From: Raphidiopsis brookii D9
GTDB taxonomy: Bacteria > Cyanobacteriota > Cyanobacteriia > Cyanobacteriales > Nostocaceae
Length of the DNA: 32,000 bases
Assembly: GCA_000175855.1 (NCBI GenBank)
Contig: ACYB01000022.1
Span: forward strand, 60,001-92,000
Direction: 5' to 3'
Position numbers and translations under genes: made by a program. Shown one piece after another: positions 9,370 through 19,292 of the stretch (the first letter of the stretch is position 1; the number at the start of each line of letters is the position of its first letter). Below the pieces are notes generated by a model. The model made no database searches and was not told the origin of the DNA. It saw nothing but the letters and a program-made list of their open reading frames with translations.

Positions 9370-10447
9370 GATGGTAAATTCCCTAAAAAAACCAACCTTT
9401 GAAGAAATACGTCCCGGGGTGAAAGTTCCTGCGAAAGAAACCCTATTAACACCCCGATTCTATACAACTGATTTTGACGAAATGGCCCGGATGGATATCT
9501 CCGTCAATGAAGATGAGCTGCGGGCCATATTAGAGGAGTTTCGCGTTGACTATAACCGTCATCACTTTGTTCGAGATGCTGAATTTGAGCAGTCCTGGGA
9601 CCATATTGACGGTCAAACCCGCCAATTGTTCATTGAATTTCTAGAACGGTCCTGCACAGCAGAATTTTCTGGCTTCCTCCTCTACAAAGAACTAGGTCGC
9701 CGCTTAAAAGATAAAAGCCCTCTTCTGGCAGAGTGCTTTAATCTCATGTCACGGGATGAAGCTCGTCACGCTGGTTTTCTGAATAAGGCTATGTCGGACT
9801 TTAATCTATCCCTAGATCTGGGATTTTTGACCAAGAGTCGCAGTTATACCTTCTTCAAACCCAAATTTATCTTTTACGCCACCTATCTTTCTGAAAAGAT
9901 TGGTTATTGGCGGTATATCACCATTTATCGTCATTTAGAAAAACATCCTGAAGATAGAATTTATCCAATTTTTCGTTTCTTTGAAAACTGGTGTCAGGAT
10001 GAAAACCGTCATGGTGATTTCTTTGATGCTATCATGAAGGCCCAACCACAAATGTTGCGGGGGTGGCAAGGTAAACTTTGGAGTCGTTTCTTTTTGTTGT
10101 CTGTATTTGCCACTATGTATCTCAATGATATTCAGCGTAAAGATTTTTATGCTGCCATTGGTTTAGATGCTAGAGAGTACGACATTCATGTCATTAAGAA
10201 GACTAACGAAACAGCTGGTCGTGTATTTCCGGTAATTTTAGATGTGGAGAGTCCAGAGTTTTATCAGCGTCTGGATATTTGTATTAACAATAATGAAAGG
10301 TTAGCAGCTATTTCCAATGGCAATAGTCCCAAATTTCTGCAATTTTTGCAGAAGCTACCTATTTACATTTCCCATGGATGGCAGTTTCTCAAACTGTACT
10401 TGATGAAGCCCATTGATGTATTGGCAACCCAAGGTCAACCTAAATAG
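9370..10447 (+). CDS. acsF: Magnesium-protoporphyrin IX monomethyl ester (oxidative) cyclase
   Basis: Near full-length AcsF/ChlE with diiron motifs ([52 protein letters not shown]). Approximate start at the second in-frame Met of ORF 9359..10447. Confidence 0.96.
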
Positions 10448-10499
10448 GGTTAAAGGCCCCGCATTAGCGGGGACAACATTCTATATCCTAAAAAGAGGC

Positions 10500-11069
10500 C
10501 TAGTTTTTCCTGTTCCTTTTCATTTCTTCTAGTTCATCCTGAATTTCCCAACGACGGAACTGTTCTTCCAGGTCATCAAACTTGGAATTGGAGTAGTTGA
10601 ACTTGGAATCCGCAGTTTTTGTACCCTCATTAGTTGCAGATTTAGTTTTATCACTTTTCATCGCTCTAGCTTTTGCTTGTACCTCTTCCCGACGTTGTCT
10701 AACCTTAGTTAACAGCTGTTGAGAGTGAACAATTCTCTCTTTTAAAGATTGCATACTTGCCCATTGCTGATTTCCCTCTCGCAACAAAGAGTCTTCTTTT
10801 GCTTGTGCTGGTACAGCTAAGTCTTCTTTACCTGCTGCCTTAGCTTTTTGAATACGAGCATGCCACCGTTGTATTTCTTGTGCAGTTGTCAGGATTTCAT
10901 CCTGGACTTGTCGTTCCTGTAATTGTAGATCCGTAATCAATTTTATTGTTTTTTCCTCCTCGCGCTGTAGTTGTTCCATGAGCATTTCCAACTCTAGATG
11001 AGGATTGTTTCGTATAAATTCTTCTAAACGGGATTCTAGAAAACGACTTAGATCATCAAATAGACTCAC
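10500..11069 (-). CDS. Cyanobacterial coiled-coil protein, TIGR04376-like
   Basis: MSLFDDLSRFLESRLEEFIRNNPHLELEMLMEQLQREEEKTIKLI... long charged coiled-coil. Confidence 0.7.
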   Translation of the reverse strand: MSLFDDLSRFLESRLEEFIRNNPHLELEMLMEQLQREEEKTIKLITDLQLQERQVQDEILTTAQEIQRWHARIQKAKAAGKEDLAVPAQAKEDSLLREGNQQWASMQSLKERIVHSQQLLTKVRQRREEVQAKARAMKSDKTKSATNEGTKTADSKFNYSNSKFDDLEEQFRRWEIQDELEEMKRNRKN

Positions 11070-11151
11070 TGTAAAAACTCCAAAGGTAGATATATTTATG
11101 ATATGATGTCAGGGATGCTCAATTACCTAGCCATTTTTAGCGATGGGAGAC

Positions 11152-11964
11152 TCAAATAGAATCCAAATAACGACGTAACTTGCTACTAAAAATATCAATT
11201 ACTGTCACCACGACTAACAATACTAACATCATAGTGGTCGCTTTATTATACTCAAAACCGTCTATATAACTCTTTAACTGAAATCCAATTCCACCTGCAC
11301 CCACCACACCTAGCACGGAAGCAGCACGGATATTATACTCAAACATCCACAGAGTATAACCCAGTCCCAAAGGTAACACTTGAGGTAATATGCCATATTG
11401 AACCATTTGTAACTTTGACGCACCAATTACCTGCAAAGATTCCAATGAACTAGAATCTACAGCTTCAATAGCTTGCTGATAAAATTTCGCAAGATAGCCA
11501 ATGGTGTAGATAGCTAGGGCTAAGGTTCCAGCGGGCGCGCCTAAACCTGTAGCAGCGACAAAAATTAAGCCTAGAATGATTGAGGGAACAGAACGAACAG
11601 TATTTTGGAGTAAATTAGCTAACCATTGCAACCACAAAGGTGCAATATTATTAGCACTAGCTACTGCAATTGGTAAGGAGAGCAGCGCGCCAATAGAAGT
11701 TCCCCATAAAGACATTTGTACGGTTTCTATTAGTGCTTTAATGGCTATATCAACCACTTGCCAGTCGGGGGGAAATAACCTGACAATAAAATCTGTAATA
11801 TAGGGCCAACTGGTTTTGACTAATTCAAAATCAACTTTTAACCCTTGCAATGCCCAAAAATACACCCCTACTACCACTAAAATGATAATTAAGTTCCTCA
11901 ACCAAAAGAAACGATTAGGATAATAAAAATGATTAAATGGGTGGTGTTGAGGTGTTTTTTTCAT
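11152..11964 (-). CDS. phnE: Phosphonate/phosphite-type ABC transporter permease
   Basis: Permease signature ...SALLSLPIAVASANN..., RTVPSIILGLIFVAATGLGAPAGTLALAIYTIGYLAKFYQQAIE, WMFEYNIRAASVLGVVGAGGIG. Confidence 0.9.
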   Translation of the reverse strand: MKKTPQHHPFNHFYYPNRFFWLRNLIIILVVVGVYFWALQGLKVDFELVKTSWPYITDFIVRLFPPDWQVVDIAIKALIETVQMSLWGTSIGALLSLPIAVASANNIAPLWLQWLANLLQNTVRSVPSIILGLIFVAATGLGAPAGTLALAIYTIGYLAKFYQQAIEAVDSSSLESLQVIGASKLQMVQYGILPQVLPLGLGYTLWMFEYNIRAASVLGVVGAGGIGFQLKSYIDGFEYNKATTMMLVLLVVVTVIDIFSSKLRRYLDSI

Positions 11965-12028
11965 ATTTCAAATTTTGTGACATGTCCTTGGATATATTTT
12001 CCTCAACTTTGTAGTCGTAGTAGTCGTA

Positions 12029-12847
12029 TTATATAATAGGGGGTTCTGTCTGAAATTGAAAATTTAGTTTGTCTCTTAACTGGTCTAAGTGGTCTAACTT
12101 GTTTAAGTTATCAACCTTGGGCGCGGGTTCCTGGACAAATTTTTCTGGTAGGTTATTAGGTTTACCATCATAAACAATACGTCCAGCATCTAAAACTATA
12201 GCACGGTCAGCATATTTCGCAGCCATACCTAAGTCATGTAGGACAGCAATGATGGTTAGTCCTTGCTCCCGATTCAATTGGGTGAGAGTCTCCATCACCT
12301 GTTGAGATGCTATCACATCTAAACCAGTAATTGGTTCATCCGCTAAAAGGATTTGTGGGGATTGAATTAGCGCACGTGCAATAGCAACTCTTTGTTGTTG
12401 TCCACCACTTAGTTGATTGGTTCTTTGATGAATTTTACTTTTTAAGCCAAATTGTGCTAGCAATTCCTGTGCTAAAAATCGGTCTTGTAGTGGAAAACCA
12501 AATAAAGTTTGTGTAGTTTTTCTCTTCCCTAAACGACCACACAAAACATTATCCAAAACTGATAGCTGTCCTATTAATCCACCACCTTGAAATAACATAC
12601 CAATCTCTTGACGAATTTCTGGTAATGTCTGGTTTGTCATCACTCGATTATTAATATAAACTGAGCCATCTAGTACGGGTACTAACCCTACAAGCGATCG
12701 CAAGAGGGTGGACTTACCAGCTCCGTTTAAACCCAATAGAACTACAAATTCACCTTGGGCAATCTCTAAATCAATCCCATTGAGGATGGGACGATTTGAG
12801 GATGGGGTGTAACTTGTTTTTAGATTGTGACATTCAATTAGTTTCAT
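12029..12847 (-). CDS. phnC: Phosphonate/phosphite-type ABC transporter ATP-binding protein
   Basis: Walker A GLNGAGKST, signature LSGGQQQRVAIARAL, Walker B ILLADEP, LDVIASQQVME. Confidence 0.9.
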   Translation of the reverse strand: MKLIECHNLKTSYTPSSNRPILNGIDLEIAQGEFVVLLGLNGAGKSTLLRSLVGLVPVLDGSVYINNRVMTNQTLPEIRQEIGMLFQGGGLIGQLSVLDNVLCGRLGKRKTTQTLFGFPLQDRFLAQELLAQFGLKSKIHQRTNQLSGGQQQRVAIARALIQSPQILLADEPITGLDVIASQQVMETLTQLNREQGLTIIAVLHDLGMAAKYADRAIVLDAGRIVYDGKPNNLPEKFVQEPAPKVDNLNKLDHLDQLRDKLNFQFQTEPPII

Positions 12848-12977
12848 GGTAGTAACCAAGTTATTGTTAATTAAAAATATTCTAGCACTTCTAAACAGTT
12901 TGTGACAGTAAATAGCCTGGTAGAAAACTACTTATAGAAGTTACATATCGCACCATTTCCCCATTTTTCGCCCCCAA

Positions 12978-13958
12978 TTATGGTTCTATGCCCAAATTTT
13001 TCAGAGCATCGCGGACGGGTTTCAAGTGACGATTATGATCGACTCTCACTAGCTCGGTGGAATTATACAAACCCTGCAATAATTGGTTATTTTCTGGTTT
13101 GTTTAACTTGAGAAAGGCGTTAATAATTTTTTCTCGCATGACTACTGGAACATCATCATCAACAACTATTCCATGAGCGGGAACACCGGATATTTTATAC
13201 AGCACTCGCAATTTAGCAGCATCTGTGGTAGATATATAGGGAGGATACATGGCATACTCGGAAACTGTTGCTACATCTGCTTGACCACGCACTACTGCTT
13301 CCAAGGCTTTACTGTAATTACCTCCATAGGTAATTTGACCAAAGAAACCTTCCATCCGGTCTTTGTCCGGGACAAATCCGTTCTTCACCAACTCACTGAC
13401 TGGAAAAATAAACCCTGATCCAGAGGTGGGGGAGGTAAAGGCAATTTTTTTGCCTCTGAGCTGCTCCATTGTCGCTTTAGCAGAAGCTTTGGGAGTTAGA
13501 GGACTGTCTTTGGCAACTACAAATATGGAATTATAGGTGTATCTCCCAGAATAATTTGAACGTGTTTCTGCTAAGTGCATACGAGAATTTGCCAGTTTCT
13601 CCGCTTTTAAGGCTGGACGACTGCTTAAAAAAGCCACATCCGCACGATTTGCTCTTAGAGCTTCTACAGCAGCAGTATCATCACTAATTTGCGCTGTTAC
13701 AGGTATTCCTAACTCCCGAGATAGGAAGTTGGCTACTTTCCCGACTTGTTCTTGCAGATTGGGAGCATCCTTCCGACTGGGAAAGACTATGGTCAGATTT
13801 TTGAGATTTTTTGTAAGTAATAGTGGTACTACTGGAGGAGGAGTGGAGTTAGCCACCATGGGTTGGGTCTTCACCACATTGCTGATAAATAAACTTGTCA
13901 CTGTTGCCAATGTACTGGCAATCAAGAACTTTCTTTTCAGGAATTGGTCAAAGTTCAT
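12978..13958 (-). CDS. phnD: Phosphate/phosphite/phosphonate ABC transporter substrate-binding protein
   Basis: Signal-like N-terminus, LTIVFPSRKDAPNLQEQVGKVANFLSRELGIPV, ALRANRADVAFLSS, FTSPTSGSGFIFP; upstream of phnC and phnE on the same strand. Confidence 0.88.
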   Translation of the reverse strand: MNFDQFLKRKFLIASTLATVTSLFISNVVKTQPMVANSTPPPVVPLLLTKNLKNLTIVFPSRKDAPNLQEQVGKVANFLSRELGIPVTAQISDDTAAVEALRANRADVAFLSSRPALKAEKLANSRMHLAETRSNYSGRYTYNSIFVVAKDSPLTPKASAKATMEQLRGKKIAFTSPTSGSGFIFPVSELVKNGFVPDKDRMEGFFGQITYGGNYSKALEAVVRGQADVATVSEYAMYPPYISTTDAAKLRVLYKISGVPAHGIVVDDDVPVVMREKIINAFLKLNKPENNQLLQGLYNSTELVRVDHNRHLKPVRDALKNLGIEP

Positions 13959-13985
13959 TAGTAATAATTCTCAGTATTTTTGCAA

Positions 13986-14001
13986 ATTAGTTTCAACTAA
14001 T
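13986..14001. promoter_or_regulatory. Operator-like palindrome upstream of phnD
   Basis: ATTAGTT-TC-AACTAAT, 28 bp upstream of the phnD start codon. Confidence 0.3.
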
Positions 14002-14127
14002 CCTAAAACTTTTGAGAATAAAAGTCAATAGGCTCGCGTAGAAAATTTTGCGATTCAAAATATAATTAAAGTATTAGTACTTATTATATTAAGATTAAAT
14101 ACTATCGAAACAAAAGAGGATGGGACA

Positions 14128-14745
14128 ATGTCAAGAAAAAACATAATCAATCCAGAACAATCTTACACATTTGCAGACTATTTTAAACTTAACTTTGCTC
14201 CACAAGACATTTTGGCTTATTTCAATGTTTCCTTAGAACGTTCCATTTTAGAATTAGCACGGTCCACTAATGATCTGGATCGTTTATATGACTTGAAAAA
14301 ACGTATTGAAGAAGTATTGCCTCGTTTAAGTCTTACCAGCGAAATTGCACGCAGAGAATTTTTGATTGCTCCAGTATTAACAGACCTACTACACTACACG
14401 GAAGCTACCCTAAACATTGAATATCCTGTAGTAGTCAACAATCAACTAAAAGGTTCTTTGGACTACCTTATCCAAAATTCTCAAGTTTTTCTAGTGGTGG
14501 AAGCTAAAAATGAAGACCTAGAAAAAGGCTTTTTACAGTTAGCAGTGGAATTAATCGCCCTTGATCAATGGATGGAATCGGATCTTGACGTGTTAAATGG
14601 TGCAGTTTCTACGGGGAATATTTGGCAATTTGCAAAATTTAACACTCAGGATCGTATAATAACTCAAGATATTAATTTGTATCGTGTTCCCGCTGATTTA
14701 GAAGAAGTTTTGCGGATCCTAGTAAAGATACTGGCATCCCAATAA
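14128..14745 (+). CDS. Putative PD-(D/E)XK nuclease-fold protein
   Basis: 205 aa with ARREFLIAPVL...IEYPVVVNNQLKGSLDYLIQNSQVFLVVEAKNEDLEKGFLQLAVELIAL; the D...ExK...Q arrangement resembles HsdR N-terminal-like domains. Confidence 0.55.
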   Translation: MSRKNIINPEQSYTFADYFKLNFAPQDILAYFNVSLERSILELARSTNDLDRLYDLKKRIEEVLPRLSLTSEIARREFLIAPVLTDLLHYTEATLNIEYPVVVNNQLKGSLDYLIQNSQVFLVVEAKNEDLEKGFLQLAVELIALDQWMESDLDVLNGAVSTGNIWQFAKFNTQDRIITQDINLYRVPADLEEVLRILVKILASQ

Positions 14746-14903
14746 CCAGTCCTAGCTATAAGTGATTGCAACGGAGGCCAACCAAAACTTCCCAACCCCC
14801 ATCAAATAGTTTTCCAGCAACTTTTATATCAGATGGTATATCGGGTGGGTCAATTTTCCGGTAAAATACTTTGAGATATTTAAACGTTGACAAGAGAATT
14901 ACC

Positions 14904-15608
14904 ATGACAGTTGCAACAGCTTTTGACTTAGACAGTTTAAATGAACAATTTGAAACCGCCACTCCTACGGAAATCCTGGCATGGTCGGTGGAAAACATAC
15001 CTACGGGTTTAGTCCAAACCAGTGCTTTCAATGTTGATGACTTGATTATTACCCATATTCTTTATGAAGTACTGGATCACCCAACACCAGTGATTTTTCT
15101 TGATACCCTTCATCACTTTGAACAAACTTTAGACTTGGTTGCTAAAGCTAAAACAGTTTATGGCTTAGACTTAAAGACCTATAAAGTACCTGATGTATAT
15201 AGTCGTGAGGAGTTTACCGCTAAGTATGGAGAGGCGTTGTGGGATAGTGATATTAGTAAATTTCATCAAGTTACTAAAATTGAACCTTTACAGCGTGGAT
15301 TGGATGAATTAAATACGGTAGGTTGGATTACTGGTCGTCGTCGGGATCAGGCGGTTACCCGTGCGAATATGCCCGTGTTTGAGTTGGATAATCAAGGGCG
15401 CTTGAAAATTAATCCCTTGGCCACTTGGACAAGAAAAGAAAGCTGGGAGTATGTAGCTGAATACAAAGTAATTTATAATCCCCTACATGATCAAGGATAC
15501 CCAAGTATTGGTGATGAGCCAATTACTACTAGGGTAGCTGATGGAGAAGATGAAAGAGCTGGACGTTGGCGCGGTACTGGGAAGACTGAGTGTGGTATTC
15601 ACATTTAA
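14904..15608 (+). CDS. cysH: Phosphoadenosine phosphosulfate (PAPS) reductase
   Basis: MTVATAFDLDSLNEQFETATPTEILAWSV..., KVYGLDLKTYKVPDVYSREEFTAKYG, KIEPLQRGLDELNTVGWITGRRRDQAVTRANMPVFE, C-terminal ERAGRWRGTGKTECGIH. Start moved from 14871 to ATG 14904. Confidence 0.93.
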   Translation: MTVATAFDLDSLNEQFETATPTEILAWSVENIPTGLVQTSAFNVDDLIITHILYEVLDHPTPVIFLDTLHHFEQTLDLVAKAKTVYGLDLKTYKVPDVYSREEFTAKYGEALWDSDISKFHQVTKIEPLQRGLDELNTVGWITGRRRDQAVTRANMPVFELDNQGRLKINPLATWTRKESWEYVAEYKVIYNPLHDQGYPSIGDEPITTRVADGEDERAGRWRGTGKTECGIHI

Positions 15609-15628
15609 CATTTAAATTAGATATAAGT

Positions 15629-15647
15629 CCCACACTGACAGTGTGGG
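15629..15647 (+). terminator. Short hairpin in the cysH / phosphoesterase gap
   Basis: CCCACACT-GAC-AGTGTGGG perfect 8-bp stem, no following U-run. Confidence 0.35.
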
Positions 15648-15680
15648 AGCGTATCATGAAAAAAAGATTGCCGTAAATCC

Positions 15681-16924
15681 ATGATCAAAATTCTACACCT
15701 TTCAGATATTCATATAGGAAGCGGTTTTCCCACGGACGTATTAACCCCAACACTGGATTAAACACACGCCTGGAGGATTTTGTTAATACCCTATCTTTAT
15801 GTATTGATCGGGCCCTGTCTGAACCGGTGGATATGGTTATATTTGGTGGTGATGCTTTTCCGGATGCTACACCTCCACCCTACGTACAAGAAGCATTTGC
15901 CAGTCAGTTTCGTAGGTTAGTTGATGCCCATATTCCAACGGTTTTATTAGTTGGCAATCATGATTTACATTCTCAGGGTATAGGAGGAGCAAGTCTTAAT
16001 ATTTACCGAACTTTGGGAGTGCCTGGTTTTGTAGTGGGTGACAGTTTGACTACCCATCATATTCAAACCCCCAATGGTAAGGTACAAGTAATTACTCTAC
16101 CTTGGTTGACTAGATCTATGTTAATGACCCGCAAGGAAACTACGGGAATGTCTATGGCTGAGGTTAATCAACTTTTGACTGATAAATTACAAGTGGTTTT
16201 AGAAGGAGAGGTGAGAAATTTAGACCCAAATCTGCCCACCATACTTTTAGCCCATTTGATGGCTGATAATGCTATGTTGGGTGCGGAACGTTTATTAGCT
16301 GTAGGTAAGGGTTTTACTCTGCCAGCTTCTTTGTTGATTAGACCATGTTTTGATTATGTGGCATTAGGCCATGTCCACTGTCATCAAAATCTGAATAAAT
16401 CCAACGACCCACCTGTGGTTTATCCTGGTAGTATTGAGCGAGTGGATTTTAGCGAAGAAAAAGAACAAAAGGGTTATGTAATGGTCGAGTTGGAAAAAGG
16501 TAGGGCCAATTGGCAGTTTTGCCCACTACCTGCTCGTGTTTTTCGTACCATCGAGGTGGATTTATCCCCCAGCGACAATCCTCAACAAACATTATTGCAG
16601 GCGATCGCCAAACATGACCTAACCGGGACTGTAGTCAGACTAGTTTATAAACTGCGGTCGGAACAATTAGACGTAATAGAAAACGCTGTTATTCATAAGG
16701 CTCTAGGAGATGCACATCATTACACGATTCACCCAGAACTAGTGAGTCAATTAGCCAGACCGCGAATTCCCGAATTAAATGCTAGTAGTAGTATTGATCC
16801 CATAGAGGCATTAAAAACCTACTTAAACAATCGTGAAGATTTAAAAGATATTGCCACATATATGTTAGAAGCAGCACAAGAATTATTAGGAGATGAGGAG
16901 ACTAAGATTTTGGTAGACAGATAG
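15681..16924 (+). pseudogene. SbcD-like DNA repair metallophosphoesterase, interrupted by a single-base frameshift near the N-terminus
   Basis: ATG 15681 gives MIKILHLSDIHIGSGF then shifts at TTTTCCC (15725-15731). The other frame is open from 15731 (HGRINPNTGLNTRLEDF...) and joins ORF 15827..16924 with GGDAFPD, LVGNHDLH and LGHVHCHQ phosphoesterase motifs. Confidence 0.8.
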
Positions 16925-17003
16925 TGATACTTTGTTGTTTTGCCTTCATGAATAATGCAGGTTAATTTATAAACTATAAACACATTTGTTTGGTAGGCCA
17001 CCT

Positions 17004-18839
17004 ATGTCATTCTACCCTCAGATCAAACAATTTGTCATTGGTAAATCCTTACCTACGACTGCTCATATTGAGGAAAGATTAAGTAATGCTGCTGCTTTGG
17101 CAGTTCTATCCTCGGACGCATTATCTTCTGTTGCTTATGCGACAGAGGAAATTTTATTAGTTTTAATGGCTGCTGGTACTGGTGCTCTAGGTTTATCTCT
17201 CCCCATTAGCATTGCTATTATTTTGCTATTAGCAATAGTTGTACTTTCCTATCGTCAAACCATCCGTGCTTATCCTCAAGGTGGAGGCTCTTACATTGTA
17301 GCCAGAGAAAATATAGGTTTATATGCTGGTTTAATAGCAGGTAGCTCCTTAATGATTGATTATATTTTGACGGTTACCGTAAGTATATCAGCCGGAACGG
17401 CTGCATTAACCTCGGCAATGCCATTTTTAAGAGATCACACAGTTCTTTTATGTTTGATTTTTATATTCCTATTAATGCTAGCCAATCTCAGGGGAGTTAA
17501 GGAATCAGGGAAGATATTTATGATTCCGACCTATGCCTTTATTACTACTATTTTTCTATTGATTATTGTTGGTTTAATTCAACATGTGACCGGACAGGTA
17601 TCAACATCATATCCCATAATTCCCATCAGTCAGGAATTAAGCTTATTCTTTGTTTTGCGGGCTTTTGCTGCTGGCTGTACTGCACTTACTGGGGTGGAAG
17701 CTATTTCTGATGGAGTATTAGCGTTTAAACCCCCCGAGTGGAAAAATGCCCGTTTGACCCTAGTGTATTTGGGAATTATTCTGAGTTTCATGTTTGTGGG
17801 AATTAGCTTTTTAGCCAATTCCCATCATATTGTCCCCGAATCTGGACAGACTGTCCTTTCCTTATTAGGAAGAGAAATTTTTGGTGTCAGTCCCATTTAT
17901 TATTTCCTCCAAATTGTGACTTTGTTAGTCTTATTATTAGCTGCAAATACCAGCTATGCGGATTTTCCTCGATTGTGTTACTTCCTGGCCAGAGATGGAT
18001 TTTTACCCCGCCAATTATCACTACTGGGCGATCGCCTGGTCTATTCCAATGGCATTATCCTCCTAAGTGCTTGTGCAGCGATTTTAGTCATTCTCTTTAA
18101 AGGTGAAGTGAATGCGGTTATTCCTCTATATGCAGTAGGTGTATTTACTTCTTTTACCCTTTCGCAAGCGGGAATGGTTCGTCACTGGTTTGTTCAAAAG
18201 AGTCCGGGTTGGCAAGCTAGTGCCATGATGAATGGGGTAGGTACAATTACTACGTTAGTTGTTTTATTAGTGATTATTTACACTAAATTTTTGAGAGGTG
18301 CCTGGCTAGTAGTTGTAGCCATTCCTATATTTGTCAGCTTGTTTTTAGGCATTGCCCGTCATTATCAGTATGTAGCCAGGGGTTTGAGTGTTCAGGATAT
18401 AGTACGGCCTAGCTATACACCCAGACCAAAACTGGAAGTAATCACTCATCCTGCGGTTGTAGTAATTGGTCAACTCAACCTAGGAACAGTACAAGCTTTG
18501 GACTATGCACGTCTAATTGCGGATGAAATTGTTGCTGTTCATGTGGATATTGGCTCTACGGACAGGGAAAAACTGTGGGAAAAATGGCAAAAATTAGAAT
18601 CAGATATTCCCCTGCATATTATTGACTCCCCCTATCGTTCTGTAATTGACCCCATAGTTAAGTTTATCGGTGAATTTGAAGAGCGTTATCCCGATGTTTT
18701 TACAACCATAATTATCCCTGCTTTTGTCACCCGTAACTGGTGGGATGCCATTCTACATAACCAAACTAGCTTATTCTTAAAGAATGCCTTACGGGCGAAA
18801 AAAAGTCGAGTTGTCACCACGGTAAGATACTTTTTATGA
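17004..18839 (+). CDS. APC family permease with C-terminal soluble domain
   Basis: About 611 aa from ATG 17004; SNAAALAVLSSDALSSVAYATEEILLVL, AYPQGGGSYIVARENIGLYAGLIAGSSLMIDYILTV, multiple TM segments, then a USP-like soluble tail. Confidence 0.88.
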   Translation: MSFYPQIKQFVIGKSLPTTAHIEERLSNAAALAVLSSDALSSVAYATEEILLVLMAAGTGALGLSLPISIAIILLLAIVVLSYRQTIRAYPQGGGSYIVARENIGLYAGLIAGSSLMIDYILTVTVSISAGTAALTSAMPFLRDHTVLLCLIFIFLLMLANLRGVKESGKIFMIPTYAFITTIFLLIIVGLIQHVTGQVSTSYPIIPISQELSLFFVLRAFAAGCTALTGVEAISDGVLAFKPPEWKNARLTLVYLGIILSFMFVGISFLANSHHIVPESGQTVLSLLGREIFGVSPIYYFLQIVTLLVLLLAANTSYADFPRLCYFLARDGFLPRQLSLLGDRLVYSNGIILLSACAAILVILFKGEVNAVIPLYAVGVFTSFTLSQAGMVRHWFVQKSPGWQASAMMNGVGTITTLVVLLVIIYTKFLRGAWLVVVAIPIFVSLFLGIARHYQYVARGLSVQDIVRPSYTPRPKLEVITHPAVVVIGQLNLGTVQALDYARLIADEIVAVHVDIGSTDREKLWEKWQKLESDIPLHIIDSPYRSVIDPIVKFIGEFEERYPDVFTTIIIPAFVTRNWWDAILHNQTSLFLKNALRAKKSRVVTTVRYFL

Positions 18840-18904
18840 TCTAATGTAACCTTATCCATTAATAATCCCTTGGTTTTTCATAACTAAGATTTAGCTCCTT
18901 TAAA

Positions 18905-18953
18905 AAGAGAGTGGGAGGAGGCATTACCAAGCGCCATTCACTCCCACTCTCTT
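18905..18953 (+). terminator. Perfect 13-bp inverted repeat, probable terminator/stem-loop after the permease gene
   Basis: AAGAGAGTGGGAG (18905-18917) and CTCCCACTCTCTT (18941-18953), 66 bp after the stop codon. Confidence 0.6.
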
Positions 18954-19116
18954 ATTTGCTGCTGAAGCGTTTAGGGAACATCACTGACAAACCTAATCGT
19001 TAATTAGGGGGGTAATTTGTAATCGACTAGGTTTGTATTCATTGATCATTCCTATTGCAGCAAATGCTCATTTTGTTTATTCGTTTAACAAACTGTAAGA
19101 GACTCACTCTTTTTTT
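18954..19116 (+). ncRNA. Candidate structured RNA with nested stems and a terminator-like 3' hairpin
   Basis: Nested inverted repeats 18954-18962/19057-19065, 18988-18995/19028-19035, 19002-19006/19013-19017, then AAGAG-ACTCA-CTCTT plus T-run at 19097-19116. No ORF reported here. Confidence 0.3.
19097..19116 (+). terminator. Rho-independent-terminator-like hairpin
   Basis: AAGAGACTCACTCTT followed by TTTTT. Confidence 0.45.
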
Positions 19117-19292
19117 GTTTGTCTAGTTCAATGTAACCCCCTTTCAAAGTCTCTGGTTGCCAAGTTGGCACTTAGTTGAGATTTTATCAAAAAATTCTGT
19201 TTCCTGGTAACATCATACATTATTGTATTATACATTTACCGGACTTGACTACTGAATTTGAAACTTCATATTTTTGCTTATTATAACCAACC

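Noticed and set aside
13981-14127. Search for a Pho box (CTTAACCT-type repeats) upstream of phnD
   Set aside because: No convincing tandem 8-mers found by eye; only the ATTAGTT/AACTAAT palindrome.
14756-15031. 91-aa minus-strand ORF over the start of cysH
   Set aside because: Antisense to a well-supported cysH 5' end; no family resemblance.
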